Source of the DNA: Cetorhinus maximus
Taxonomy: Eukaryota
DNA length: 64,000 bases
Assembly (NCBI RefSeq): GCF_964194155.1
Contig: NC_135879.1
Span: forward strand, 192,138,001 to 192,202,000
Direction: 5' to 3'
Shown: positions 12,724-23,650 of the stretch, piece by piece
How positions within the stretch are numbered: the first letter of the stretch is position 1
Layout: every line of letters begins with the position of its first letter
Notes under the pieces: generated by a model
Told to the model about the DNA's origin: nothing
Databases searched by the model: none
The model's input: only the letters and a program-made list of their open reading frames with translations
Position numbers and translations under genes: made by a program

Positions 12724-14044
12724 ATTATCATTAGGGCAATGGATTGCTGTGGTGAAATCTGTTAAAATATTCACTACAGCAACTGCTAAAATGATGCATA
12801 TTTAAACATGCCTACAAGATACCAAAATAATAATTGAGCTTAAGAAAAAAAAAACATTATTAGATTTTTTTAATGCAACAATAATCACAAATGATCAGAT
12901 TTGTTAACAGTTTACTTCCTTGCAATCTTACTTATGATTTCCAAATACTTATCACATGCCTGCCAGCAATCTTGACCCCCTTGCCCCTGACAAATTTTCT
13001 GTGGGACCTCTGTCATAGAAAGTTACATTGGTTACTTGAGGCTTTGTGACAGTGTTTATTTAGTTAACTCTGTCTGAGTACACAATGAGAAATTATACCC
13101 TGTGGAACAGAATATAACAAAGTACATTTTCATGAGGAGCCATTGGAACTATAATTATGATCATTATATATATAACTAAAAGTCAATTACAGCATATTCA
13201 GTAACCAACAAACATATGCAAGCTATACCATTGTTTAAACAATTACAAATTTACAAATAACAAGTGGTAATTTTCTGTTATTATTGGCACTGCAACGTTG
13301 TACACTCAGTGTTTGCTTTCTTAATTAGATTCTCAAGATGCACTTTTGACACTTCTATGACAAGCAGCACCCATAAAACCTGGGATCCCATTTGCAGGCT
13401 GGTCCTTCTGTACCTGGGCGAGGTTTAATTCTAGTCGGTCTGATTGATACTGAATTTAGGTTCCGCACAATGCACTCTGTCCAGTAATTTTACTAGGAGA
13501 TAAACATGAACTATTAGCTATGTGTCTAAAGAGAACTTATCCTTTAATCTTCTACTAACTAACAGTTTTCCAATAAGTCTGTTGAAAAGTTCTAATTGAA
13601 AAGTTAATCCTTTTACTTTCAGATGTCAATTGGCCTGTTTTGAATTTTCCCTATTCTCTGATTTTATTCCAATATGATTTCCTGGAATATTTTGTGACAT
13701 TCATGTGGACCCAGGTCACCTGATTCTCCTCCCCACCGCACATTATTACTGCCAATCACAGCGCATTCAGATGGTCTTGATAATCATGTAATATTTAACT
13801 ACATTAATTATATGATAATTTATCTTTGAATATCTGAACTATATCCAATCGCCATACATACAAGGCAGTAAGAGCACTTCTATTCTTAATTGGTCATAAA
13901 ATCACATGTTTCTCAATTCAGTATGGGGTGGTGGGGAGGTGGGGTGTGGGGAGAGGAGTCAAATTAAACAAAACCATAAGCAATCCCTGAAAAAAAGCTT
14001 TATAAAATATGTGCAATGATTCTTATTAACAGTGTACCTACATC

Positions 14045-14165
14045 ACATAGAATGCAGCGGTTCAGGAAAGCAGCTCACTACCACCTTCTCAGGGGCAACT
14101 AGGGATGGGCAAAAAATGCTGGCTTAGCCAGTGAAGCCCACATCCTATGAATGAATAAAAAAGAA
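14045..14165 (+). mobile_element. LINE/SINE 3' tail fragment
   Basis: CAGCTCACTACCACCTTCTCAGGGGCAACTAGGGATGGGC..ATGAATGAATAAAA, the same tail as 18030-18265 and the SINE at 63161. Confidence 0.75.
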
Positions 14166-14184
14166 ACAGTCCTCATGATTTTAA

Positions 14185-15024
14185 CAAAAAGCTAAAAGCT
14201 ACTGCGGATGCTGGAAATCCAAAATAAAAACAGAATTACCTGGAAAAACTCAGCAGGTCCGGCAGCATCGGCGGAGAAGAAATCAGTTAACGTTTCGAGC
14301 CTTCATGGCCCTTCGGCAGAACTGGAGCATAGTTAGAAGAAGGGAGAAATATAAATTGGTTTAAGGTGGGTGGGGGGGGGGGGGGGGTGGGGGGGCGGGG
14401 TGGTGGGGGGGTGGAGAGAAACATTGAGGGTGTGGTGTGGTGATTGTGGAGATGAGCAGATAATCAAAAGATGTCACAGACAAAAGGGTCAAAGAGGTGT
14501 TGAAGGTGATGGTATTTGTCTGAGAAAAGTGCTAATTAAGAATGGAAGACAGGATATTCAAAGTACAGCTCTAGTGGGGGTGGGGTGGAAAGACTAAAGG
14601 TTTTAGTTTTAGATTTAAAAATAATGGAAATAGGTGGGGAAAGAAGAATCTATATAAATTATTGAAAAAAAAGCGGGGGGGGGGGAAGAAACGGGGTGGG
14701 GATGGGGGGAGGGGGAGTTTAAGATCTAAAGTTGTTGAATTCAATATTCAGCCCGGAGGGCTGTAAAGTGCCTAGTCGGAAGATGAGGTGCTGTTCCTCC
14801 AGTTTGCGTTGGGCTTCACTGGAACAATGCAGCAAGCCAAGGACAGACATGTTGGCAAGAGAACAGGGTGGAGTGTTAAAATGGCAAGCGACAGGGAGGT
14901 TTGGGTCTTTCTTGCGGACAGACCGCAGGTGTTCCGCAAAACGGTCGCCCAGTTTGCGTTTGGTCTCTCCAATGTAGAGAAGACCGCATTGGGAGCAACG
15001 AATGCAGTAGACTAAGTTAGGGGA
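14185..15024 (-). repeat. Inverted arm (pseudo-LTR copy) of the Penelope element
   Basis: Reverse complement of 16683-17486 with few substitutions; mirrored ORFs are visible in the ORF track (14732..14977 + vs 16730..16975 -). Confidence 0.95.
14284..14324 (-). ncRNA. Minimal type-I hammerhead ribozyme motif (variant core CUGCCGA)
   Basis: Minus strand reads CAGTT-CTGCCGA-A-GGGCC-ATGAA-GGCTC-GAA-ACGT-T-AACTG: stem I, core, stem II, GAAA and palindromic stem III, as typical for PLE hammerheads. Confidence 0.7.
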
Positions 15025-16988
15025 CCCCTCCCTCTGGATTCTTACCTTCTCTTGATCTTTTCATTGAGAACTGTCGGCGTGACATTAGCCGTCTCAATTT
15101 CTCTGCTCCTCTCACCCATTCTAATCTGTCTCTCTCTGAACTCACTGCACTCCGTTCTCTCAGGTCCAACCCCAACATTGTCATCAAACCCGCTGACAAG
15201 GGTGGTACTGTTGTTGTCTGGCGCATTGACCTCTACCTCGCGGAGGCTGAGCGTCAACTCGCAGACGTTTCCTCCTACCTCTCCCTGGACCATGACCCCA
15301 CCACAGAACATCAAGCCATTGTTTCCAGGACTGTCACTGACCTCATCTCCTCTGGAGATCTTCCTCCCACAGCTTCCAACTTGATAGTCGCCCAACCTCG
15401 GACGGCCCGCTTCTACCTCCTACCCAAAATCCACAAACAGAACTGTCCTGGCAGACCGATCGTGTCAGCCTGTTCCTGCCCCACGGAACTCATTTCTCGT
15501 TATCTTGACTCCCTTCTCTCTCCCCTTGTCCAGTCCCTTCCCACCTACATCCGTGATTCCTCTGACACCTTACGTCACATCAACAATTTCCAGTTCCCTG
15601 GCCCCAACCGCTTCCTCTTCACCATGGATGTCCAATCCCTCTACACCTCCATCCCCCACCAGGATGGTCTGAGGGCCCTTAGCTTCTTCCTTGAACAGAG
15701 ACCCCAACAATCCCCATCCACCACTACTCTCCTCCGTCTGGCTGAACTTGTTCTCACACTGAACAATTTCTCCTTTAACTCCTCTCACTTCCTCCAAATA
15801 AAAGGTGTGGCTATGGGTACCCGCATGGGCCCCAGCTATGCCTGTCTCTTTATGGGGTATGTGGAACATTCCTTGTTCCAGTCCTACTCCGGCCCCCTCC
15901 CACAACTCTTTCTCCGGTACATCGATGATTACTTCGGTGCTGCTTCATGCTCTCGTCGGGACCTGGAAAAAATTATTAATTTTGCTTCCAATCTCCACCC
16001 CTCCATCATCTTCACATGGTCCATCTCTGACACTTCTCTTCCCTTCCTTGACCTCTCTGTCTCAATTTCTGATGATAGACTGTCCACCAATATCCATTAC
16101 AAGCCTACCGACTCCCACAGCTACCTCGACTACAGCTCCTCACACCCCGCTTCCTGTAAAGACTCCATCCCATTCTCTCAGTTCCTTCGCCTCCGTCGCA
16201 TCTGTTCTGATGACGCTACCTTCAAAAACAGCTCCTCTGACATGTCCTCCTTCTTCCTTAACCGAGGTTTTCCATCCACGGTCGTTGACAGGGCCCTCAA
16301 CCGTGTCCGGCCCATATCCCGCGCATCCTCCCTCACGCCTTCTCCTCCTTCCCAGAAACATGATAGGGTCCCCCTTGTCCTCACTTATCACCCCACCAGC
16401 CTCCGCATTCAAAGGATCATCCTCCGCCATTTCCGCCAACTCCAGCATGATGCCACCACCAAACACATCTTCCCTTCACCACCCTTGACGGCATTCCGTA
16501 GGGATCGTTCCCTCCGGGACACCCTGGTCCACTCCTCCATCACCCCCTACTCCTCAACCCCCACTTATGGCACCTCCCCATGCCCACGCAGAAGATGCAA
16601 CACCTGCCCCTTCACTTCCTCTCTCCTCACCGTCCAAGGGCCCAAACACTCCTTTCAAGTGAAGCAGCATTTCACTTGCATTTCCCCTAACTTAGTCTAC
16701 TGCATTTGTTGCTCCCAGTGCGGTCTCCTCTACATTGGAGAGACCAAACGCAAACTGGGCGACCGTTTTGCGGAACACCTGCGGTCTGTCCGCAAGAAAG
16801 ACCCAAACCTCCCTGTCGCTTGCCATTTTAACACTCCACCCTGTTCTCTTGCCCACATGTCTGTCCTTGGCTTGCTGCATTGTTCCAGTGAAGCCCAACG
16901 CAAACTGGAGGAACAGCACCTCATCTTCCGACTAGGCACTTTACAGCCCTCCGGGCTGAATATTGAATTCAACAACTTTAGATCTTAA
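15021..16988 (+). CDS. Penelope-like reverse transcriptase + GIY-YIG endonuclease (5'-truncated; frame open from 15021, no native start)
   Basis: The frame upstream of the listed 15381 start stays open (TPPSGFLPSLDLFIENC..VIKPADKGG). RT motifs FYLLPKIHK, RPIVS, DVQSLYTSI, GVAMG, RYIDD, FLD; Cys-rich linker CPRRRCNTC; endonuclease LVYCICC..LYIGET..RFAEH..EEQHLI..GLN. Confidence 0.93.
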   Translation, partial: GTPPSGFLPSLDLFIENCRRDISRLNFSAPLTHSNLSLSELTALRSLRSNPNIVIKPADKGGTVVVWRIDLYLAEAERQLADVSSYLSLDHDPTTEHQAIVSRTVTDLISSGDLPPTASNLIVAQPRTARFYLLPKIHKQNCPGRPIVSACSCPTELISRYLDSLLSPLVQSLPTYIRDSSDTLRHINNFQFPGPNRFLFTMDVQSLYTSIPHQDGLRALSFFLEQRPQQSPSTTTLLRLAELVLTLNNFSFNSSHFLQIKGVAMGTRMGPSYACLFMGYVEHSLFQSYSGPLPQLFLRYIDDYFGAASCSRRDLEKIINFASNLHPSIIFTWSISDTSLPFLDLSVSISDDRLSTNIHYKPTDSHSYLDYSSSHPASCKDSIPFSQFLRLRRICSDDATFKNSSSDMSSFFLNRGFPSTVVDRALNRVRPISRASSLTPSPPSQKHDRVPLVLTYHPTSLRIQRIILRHFRQLQHDATTKHIFPSPPLTAFRRDRSLRDTLVHSSITPYSSTPTYGTSPCPRRRCNTCPFTSSLLTVQGPKHSFQVKQHFTCISPNLVYCICCSQCGLLYIGETKRKLGDRFAEHLRSVRKKDPNLPVACHFNTPPCSLAHMSVLGLLHCSSEAQRKLEEQHLIFRLGTLQPSGLNIEFNNFRS

Positions 16989-17387
16989 ACTCCCCCTCCC
17001 CCCATCCCCACCCCGTTTCTTTCCCCCCTCCCCCGCTTTTTTTTTCAATAATTTATATAGATTCTTCTTTCCCCACCTATTTCCATTATTTTTAAATCTA
17101 AAACTAAAACCTTTAGTCTTTCCACCCCACCCCCACTAGAGCTGTACTTTGAATATCCTGTCTTCCATTCTTAATTAGCACTTTTCTCAGACAAATACCA
17201 TCACCTTCAACACCTCTTTGACCCTTTTGTCTGTGACATCTTTTGATTATCTGCTCATCTCCACAATCACCACACCACACCCTCAATGTGTCTCTCCACC
17301 CCCCCACCACCAGCCCACCCCCCCCCCCACCCCCACCCCCACCCACCTTAAACCAATTTATATTTCTCCCTTCTTCTAACTACGCTC

Positions 17388-17428
17388 CAGTTCTGCCAAA
17401 GGGCCATGAAGGCTCGAAACGTTAACTG
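17388..17428 (+). ncRNA. Minimal hammerhead ribozyme motif (core CUGCCAA, probably inactive)
   Basis: CAGTT-CTGCCAA-A-GGGCC-ATGAA-GGCTC-GAA-ACGT-T-AACTG; differs from the left-arm copy by G>A at core position 8. Confidence 0.6.
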
Positions 17429-18029
17429 ATTTCTTCTCCACCGATGCTGCCGGACCTGCTGAGTTTTTCCAGGTAATTCTGTTTTTGCTCATGATTTTAA
17501 ACAGTGGCTGGTTAAGGGAAACTATATAAAACACAATTAGCACCTGCAAACTCACATGCATTATTTCTTTTCTCCACTATTTTCTTTCCTCTCTTTTTCA
17601 AGGAAATTGTTTGCTTCCCAATTATGCATCCATTAGCAATAAGGAGGTCTTGCTGGTTAGCATCCCTGCCTCTAGCCAGAAGCACTGAGTTCAAGTCCCG
17701 CTTCAGGACTTGATGGCCAAGGAAGGCCATTTATAACACAGCAGAACAGAATCAACTTGTAAATCTTTCCAACATACACCATAGGCAGTGATAAGAGATT
17801 AATAAGCTGCCTCCTCCAAAGTTGTCTGACTGGATCCTGGGTCAGTATTTATGAGTTCCTGATCCTGATGGGGACCTGGGATCGAAAATCCTGTCTGTGA
17901 ATTCAATGGGATCCCTTGCAGCTGATTGAGAATCTTACACTTTCCCAAGCTGCAGCTGTGGTAGTATTGAGCTTGAGGGGGTGGGAGTGGAAATTTACCA
18001 TTGTGCAACCTATTTGAAACTAACAACCC

Positions 18030-18265
18030 CAACTATTCCAAGTCACTTACCATCCTGGCTTGGAAATTTATCGCCGTTCCTTCAATGTCGCTGGGTCAAA
18101 ATCCTGGAGCTCCTTCCCTAACAGCACGTTGGATGTACCTATGCCACAGGGACTGCAATAGCTCAAGGAGGCAGCTCACCACCACCCTCTCAAGGGCAAT
18201 TAGGGATGGGCAATAACCTATGCCCTAGCCAGGGACACCCACATCCCATGAATGAATTAAAAAAA
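18030..18265 (+). mobile_element. CR1/L2-group LINE 3' end
   Basis: CCAAGTCACTTACCATCCTGGCTTGGAAAT..GGCAATTAGGGATGGGCAATAA..ATGAATGAATT, matching the reverse complement of 21535-21740. Confidence 0.8.
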
Positions 18266-19344
18266 TGTTAATATCCCTCACACATTGGAGTAATCATCTA
18301 TTTCTGACAGCTGCCTTTCTAGATGCTAAAGATGATGAGATGGATTTGGCCGATTAATTCCCAACACTCCTAATATTCATTAATTAGTAATTTAAAAAAT
18401 GAGTAATAATTTATTGACACCCAGAGCCCAGCACTTTAGAAAGGATAAATCCTTCACATTATTTCATTTACTTTGCAAATTTCAGGATGTGCAAATATCT
18501 ACATCACACACATTATCCGTAGAAATAATAATTTTTGTTCATTTTTGTGAATCTTTTATTTGAAATAAGGAACGGCATAGCTAGGGAATTGTACACTTTC
18601 CCATTGCAAACACCCAGTGAAAACATCATGTACTCCCAGGTCAGGTATAGCCCATGCAATGCATATCAGGCCCAACCTCAGTAAAACAATTGCCTTCTGT
18701 ACCATGTGACATTTTCCAGCTCACACACCAACCTTTCTGCTCCTCTCTGAGTAAGATCACCAAGTTGGTAGCAATTAAGGGGTGGTTTTGTGGGAATTGG
18801 TTTGAGATGTGGCAGGCACATTTCACATAAGACTCTTGTGAATAAAGAAAACTATCATTCCATTAATGTGGCCCAGATTTCAAGAGATGAAAAGGATTGA
18901 AATATATAAAGCAGAACTACTAGGAGTATAAAGAAGAAATTAGTAACTTTATATCAGATTTACAATAGGGAACCAATAGATATGGAACTGGGTGGGAAAA
19001 TGGATTTGAGGTATATGATCAGCTATGATCATGTTGAAGGCAGAGCCAGCTTAAGGGATTGTATAGCCTACCCCTGTTCCTATAACTCATGCTTTTTCAA
19101 CAGTAAATTACTGGAAAATGAATATAGTGGTTATGCTGACATATTGGGCTGGATTTACTATAGTCCATCAAAGCAGCAAACATGGTAGCCAGGCCCACTT
19201 AATTGTGGGAGAAGCCACACATCAGTTTCCTGGTGGCTAAGAAAACCTCCCACGATTAAGTTGGAGGCAGGAACAGGCCCATGGGGGAAACTCGCCTACT
19301 TGTGGTAGGTTGTCAATTAGGCTCTTTATTGAGATGCTTATTAA

Positions 19345-19900
19345 GACCTGAGCTGCATTGGGACTGCTCTGCATAGTTCTGTTTTAATACTATAAAAAGG
19401 ACATTAAAAAACTGGAGAAAGTTCAGATATAATTTACAGGGAAGGTGCCTGAACTGGGAGATTACAGACGTTTCAAAAGATTGAACAGATTGGAATTATT
19501 TCTTTAGAAAAGAGAAGGCTTAGAGATGACCTGATGGAGGTCTCCTAAAATTATGAATAGGACAGGGTGGATATGGAAAAACGGTTTCCACTTGCGGAAG
19601 AAACCAAAATAGGGACCATAAGTACAAGATAGTTGTTAATAAATCCAATAGGGAAAGAAGGAGGATTTTTTAATTCAGAGAGTGATTAGAATGCAGGACT
19701 CGCTACCACAGGACGTGGTTGGGACAAACAGTGAAGATACCTTTAGAAGAAGTATATGAGAGAAACGGGAATGAAAAGATTTGCTGAAAGGCTGAGATGA
19801 GGTAGATGGAATGGGAGGAGGTTTATGTTGAGCATAAACATCAGCATAGACTTGTTGGGCTAAATGTCCTTTTTTGCTGCATATTCAAGGTAATTCAATG
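19345..19900 (+). mobile_element. CR1 LINE 3' fragment
   Basis: Degraded coding for KDIKKLEKVQ..FT..LEKRRLRDDL and a CR1-type 3' UTR. Confidence 0.75.
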
Positions 19901-20842
19901 TAATAATATCCTCAACATGTTAACAGTGCTTGTCTACTCATAGCATAGAGATATAAATTCATGACTATTGTGATAATGGGATAAATTATGATTCAACTAA
20001 ACTTCCTCCTGTTATACGATGTGCAGTACAAAAATAATTCACTTTCATTTAACTTAATGTCGTTCAGGCAATATTTATGGAGAACTTTCCCGTAGGAGTC
20101 TAAAATGGGTGTGGTTGGTATTACAACGCCTGTGAAAGGGAATCAGTTTGACAGATTGAGTGGCCTTACTTCAGAGTTTCGATGCTTTTATTGTGTGACA
20201 CAGTTGATGTAGCATGTACATATATCTGTTTAGTTATACAAGCAATTTAACACTAAATTTATACTGATATTTTCATAAATTCTGTATTAACCTGGTAGTA
20301 AAATAGTACAGTAAACTGCTTTTTTTGAAAAATCAGCAGCACTACACGCATCTCTGCTCAGCTCCTGGAAAAGTGCCGAAGTGAATCTGCGCTTCCATTA
20401 TGTCAGCCCCAGAAGAGCATATAATGTCAACACAGCCTCCCAGAAATGACATCATGACACAATTAATCAACTTACTGTTAATAGTATAAATCCACAGATC
20501 GGGATATGCATATCACTAAGTGCCTGCCATTTTGTGATGGAGACCACATGCCCTGTGTACCAGCTCCACCTGAACTTTTGGAGAAAAGCAGGCTGAGCAT
20601 TGGTTCCCTGGACAGGTATAATCTTGCTGGTGCAGTTTAATGTGCCTCACCTGATTGTTGCTAGTGTCCATTGTACAATTGATATAAGTGAACAGCAGCA
20701 TTAAAAAGTCTACAATGCTCATTGTCAATGCCTAGGTACTTTTTTTAAAGACTGACGTGTCCAATTTTAGATTAAAAACCATACATGCAGCCAAAATGGC
20801 AGTTAGGAAAGGGAAGATTAAGCCCAAACTCCACAATTTTGT

Positions 20843-21523
20843 GGGCAGAATTTTACGAGTCAGCGAGCGGGGGCGGGGCCCGCTCGCCGACGCGTAAATT
20901 GATGCGCGGTGATATTGGGGGGGACTCCCAATGTCACCGCGCCCGATTTAAATTTTCAGGAAGATGGGAGCGCAGCAAAATCAGCTATGCGCCCGCCGAC
21001 CTGTCAATGGCCAATTGAGGCCATTGACAGGGTCAAGTAACTAATTAAAGGACCTGCCCGTCCAATCTTAAGGTTGGCGGGCAGGCCAGGTTTCCTGGCG
21101 GGAATGGGTGGGGTGAGGTTTCGTGTAGGCTTTAAAAAATTTTAATAAGGATTTTGTAAAAATTATGGACATGTCCCAACTCATGTGACATTGTCACATG
21201 AGGAGACATGTAAGGGAAATTTTATTCTTCTATTTTTATCTTTTTACACTTAGAGCCGATCTCCCTGAGACAGCACTCAGCCTCAGGGAGATGAATGCGC
21301 TCTTTCATACGCATGCGTGAAAGAGCGCGCTCTCGATATTGGGATTCCACCCCTGCCCGCACAGGAGCGCATAGTGCTTCCCTGCAGACATCATGCTGGG
21401 CGGGCCTTAATTGGCCCGCCCATGTAAAATGGCAGCACGCCTCCGATTGGGGGCGCCGATTGGAAGTGCGCCCATATGCGCCCGCCCATCAACTCCCCCC
21501 CCCGATGGGGGAAAATTCAGCCC
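20843..21523. mobile_element. PIF/Harbinger-type MITE (opposite orientation to the 8018 copy)
   Basis: TIRs GGGCAGAATTTT / AAAATTCAGCCC, TSD TGT/TGT, internal ATCTCCCTGAG..CTCAGGGAGAT and ACATGTCC..TGTGACATTGTCACA..GACATGT hairpins. Confidence 0.85.
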
Positions 21524-21534
21524 TGTAAGTTTAA

Positions 21535-23650
21535 TCACAGGATGTGGCATTGCTGGCCTATCCCTAATTGCCCTTGAGAAGGTGGCGGTGAGCTGCCTTC
21601 TTGAATCACTGCAGTCCATGTGGTGTGGGTATCCCCACAGTGCTATTAGATAGGGAGTCCAAGGATTTTGACTCAATGACGATGAAGGAATGGTGATAAT
21701 TTTCCAAGTCAGAATGGTGTGTGACTTGGAGGGAAACTCGCAGGTGGTCATGTTCCCTTCCGCCTGCTGCCCTTGTTCTTCTAGGTGGTAGCGGTTGCAG
21801 GTATGATAGCTGTCAAAGGAGGCTGCAGTGCATCCTGTGGATGGTACACACTCCTGCCATTGGTGGTAAAGTGATTGAATGTTTAAGATGGTGGATGGGT
21901 GCAAATCAAGTGGGCTGTTTTGTCCTGTATGGTGTTGAGCTTCTTCAGTATTAATGGAGTTGCATTCGTCTAGGCAAGTGGAGAGTCTTCCATTACACTC
22001 CTGATTCATGCCTTTGGACAGGCTTTGGGGAGTTAGCTGGTGATCTACTTGCTACAGAATATCCAGGGGGAATAATTAATTCATGTAGTGCTTCTTCACA
22101 AACTACATTGATGCTCCGGGAGAGGCAATGCCACAAGCTGCCACCCACGCAACTTGTGCAGTGTTCTTCAATGATACCAATAGTGAATGCCATGCAGGTA
22201 GCGGCCTGCGGTGCTGCCTACCCCCAGGGAATCAAAGCAAGTCCGTGTAGCACCGCTTGAAGTGGCAGTACACAAACAAATGTTTCCCTTCAATCTTTGA
22301 CCTGTTCTTGCAGCCAAAGTGTTTATATGGCTTGTCCAGTTGCTTTTCTGGTCAATGGTGACCTCCAGGGTAGTGGGGGATCCAGCAATGGTAATGCCTT
22401 TTAACATCAAGGGGAGATAGTTAGAAACTCTTTTATTCGAGATGGTCATTGCCTGACATTTGTGTGGCATGAACGTTACTTGCCACTTAGCAATCCAAGC
22501 CTAAATGTTGTTCATGTCTTGCTGCATGTGGGCATGGACTGCTTCATTACTGAGAACTTGCAAATGGATCTGAACACTGAGCAGTCATCAGTGAATACCC
22601 CCATTTTTGCCATATGATCGAGAGTAGATTATTAATGAAGCAGCTGAAGGTGCCTTGCCCTGAGGAACTTGTGCAATGATGTCCTAGGGCTGAGATGATT
22701 GCTCCCTAACAACCTCAACCATTTTCATTTGTGCTCGGTATAATTCCAACCACTGCAGAGTTTTCTCTGTAATTCCCATTGATTTTAATTTTGTCAGGGC
22801 CCATTGATGCCACACTCAGTCAAATGCTGCTTTATTATCACCTTACCTCTGGAATTCAGCTCTTTTGCCTATGTTTGGAACAAGGCTGTAATGCGTGGCT
22901 CTGCCAGAACTGAAACTAAGCTTCAGTGAACAGGTTATTGATGAGTAAGTGCTAGTTGATAGTACTGTCAGTGAAACTGTCCATCATCACCTAAGGAAGA
23001 GTATACCTACAGTAGAGGGAGTGCAACAAAGGTTCACTAGACTAGTTCCTGGGATTAGGGCATTGTCCTATAAAGAGAGATTGAGTAGACTAGGCCTATA
23101 TTCCCTGGAGTTTAGAAGAGTGAAAATTCATCTAATTGAAAGTCAAGATTATGAAGGGGCTTGGCAGGGTAGATGCTAAGAAAGTATTCCCTCTGGATGG
23201 GGAATCTAGAACATGGGGTCAACCATCTTAGAATAAGGGGTAGGTATTTAGGAACAAGATGAGGAGAAACCTTTTCATTCAATGGGTTATGAATCTTTGG
23301 AATTCTCTACTCCATGGAGCTGTGGTTGCTCAGATGTTGAGGATATTCAAAACAGAAATCAATAGACTTTTGGTTACTGGGACCTGCTCCAACTTTTTAG
23401 TTTGCTGCTGACTGAGAATAGACAGATGAGGCGGCACATGCTAGATTGAATTGGTCCTAGTTCTTGTTGACAGGACATCCATGGGCAATTTTCCACTTTG
23501 TTGGGGAGATGCCAGTGCTGTAGCTGTGCTGGAACAGTTTGGCGAGAGGTGTTGGAACAAAGGTCTTCAGATTTACAGTCAGGAAATTATTGGAACTTTG
23601 CTGCATCAAGTGGGCTCAGTCATATTTTGATATCTTATGAAGTAAATTGA
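21535..23650 (-). mobile_element. Degraded CR1/L2-group LINE (3' part) with nested insertions
   Basis: Minus ORF PHKCQAMTISNKR..LEVTIDQKSNWTSHINT resembles the post-RT region of CR1/L2-group ORF2; its 3' tail is shared with the SINE family. Confidence 0.7.
22993..23375 (+). mobile_element. CR1 fragment nested in the LINE
   Basis: VEGVQQRFTRLVPGIRALSYKERLSRLGLYSLEFRR (CR1 ORF2 C-terminus). Confidence 0.85.

Larger units (their letters stand above)
14185..17487 (+). mobile_element. Penelope-like retroelement (Neptune-like), 5'-truncated, with inverted 3'-end copy
   Basis: RT+GIY-YIG ORF. 14185-15024 is the reverse complement of 16683-17486 plus ~42 extra terminal nt. Flanked by 13-bp TSD CTCATGATTTTAA (14172-14184, 17488-17500). 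Confidence 0.93.

Noticed and set aside
14370-15015. ORFs in the inverted arm, and antisense/alternate-frame ORFs over 15017-17425
   Set aside because: Shadows of the Penelope ORF and UTR; no independent protein signature.
14185-15024. Inverted arm as an assembly artefact
   Set aside because: The arms differ at several substitutions, the left arm has extra family tail sequence, and the unit has a 13-bp TSD.
21167-21176. p53-like half-site GGACATGTCC in a MITE hairpin
   Set aside because: Isolated half-site; the partner is too far away for a canonical response element.
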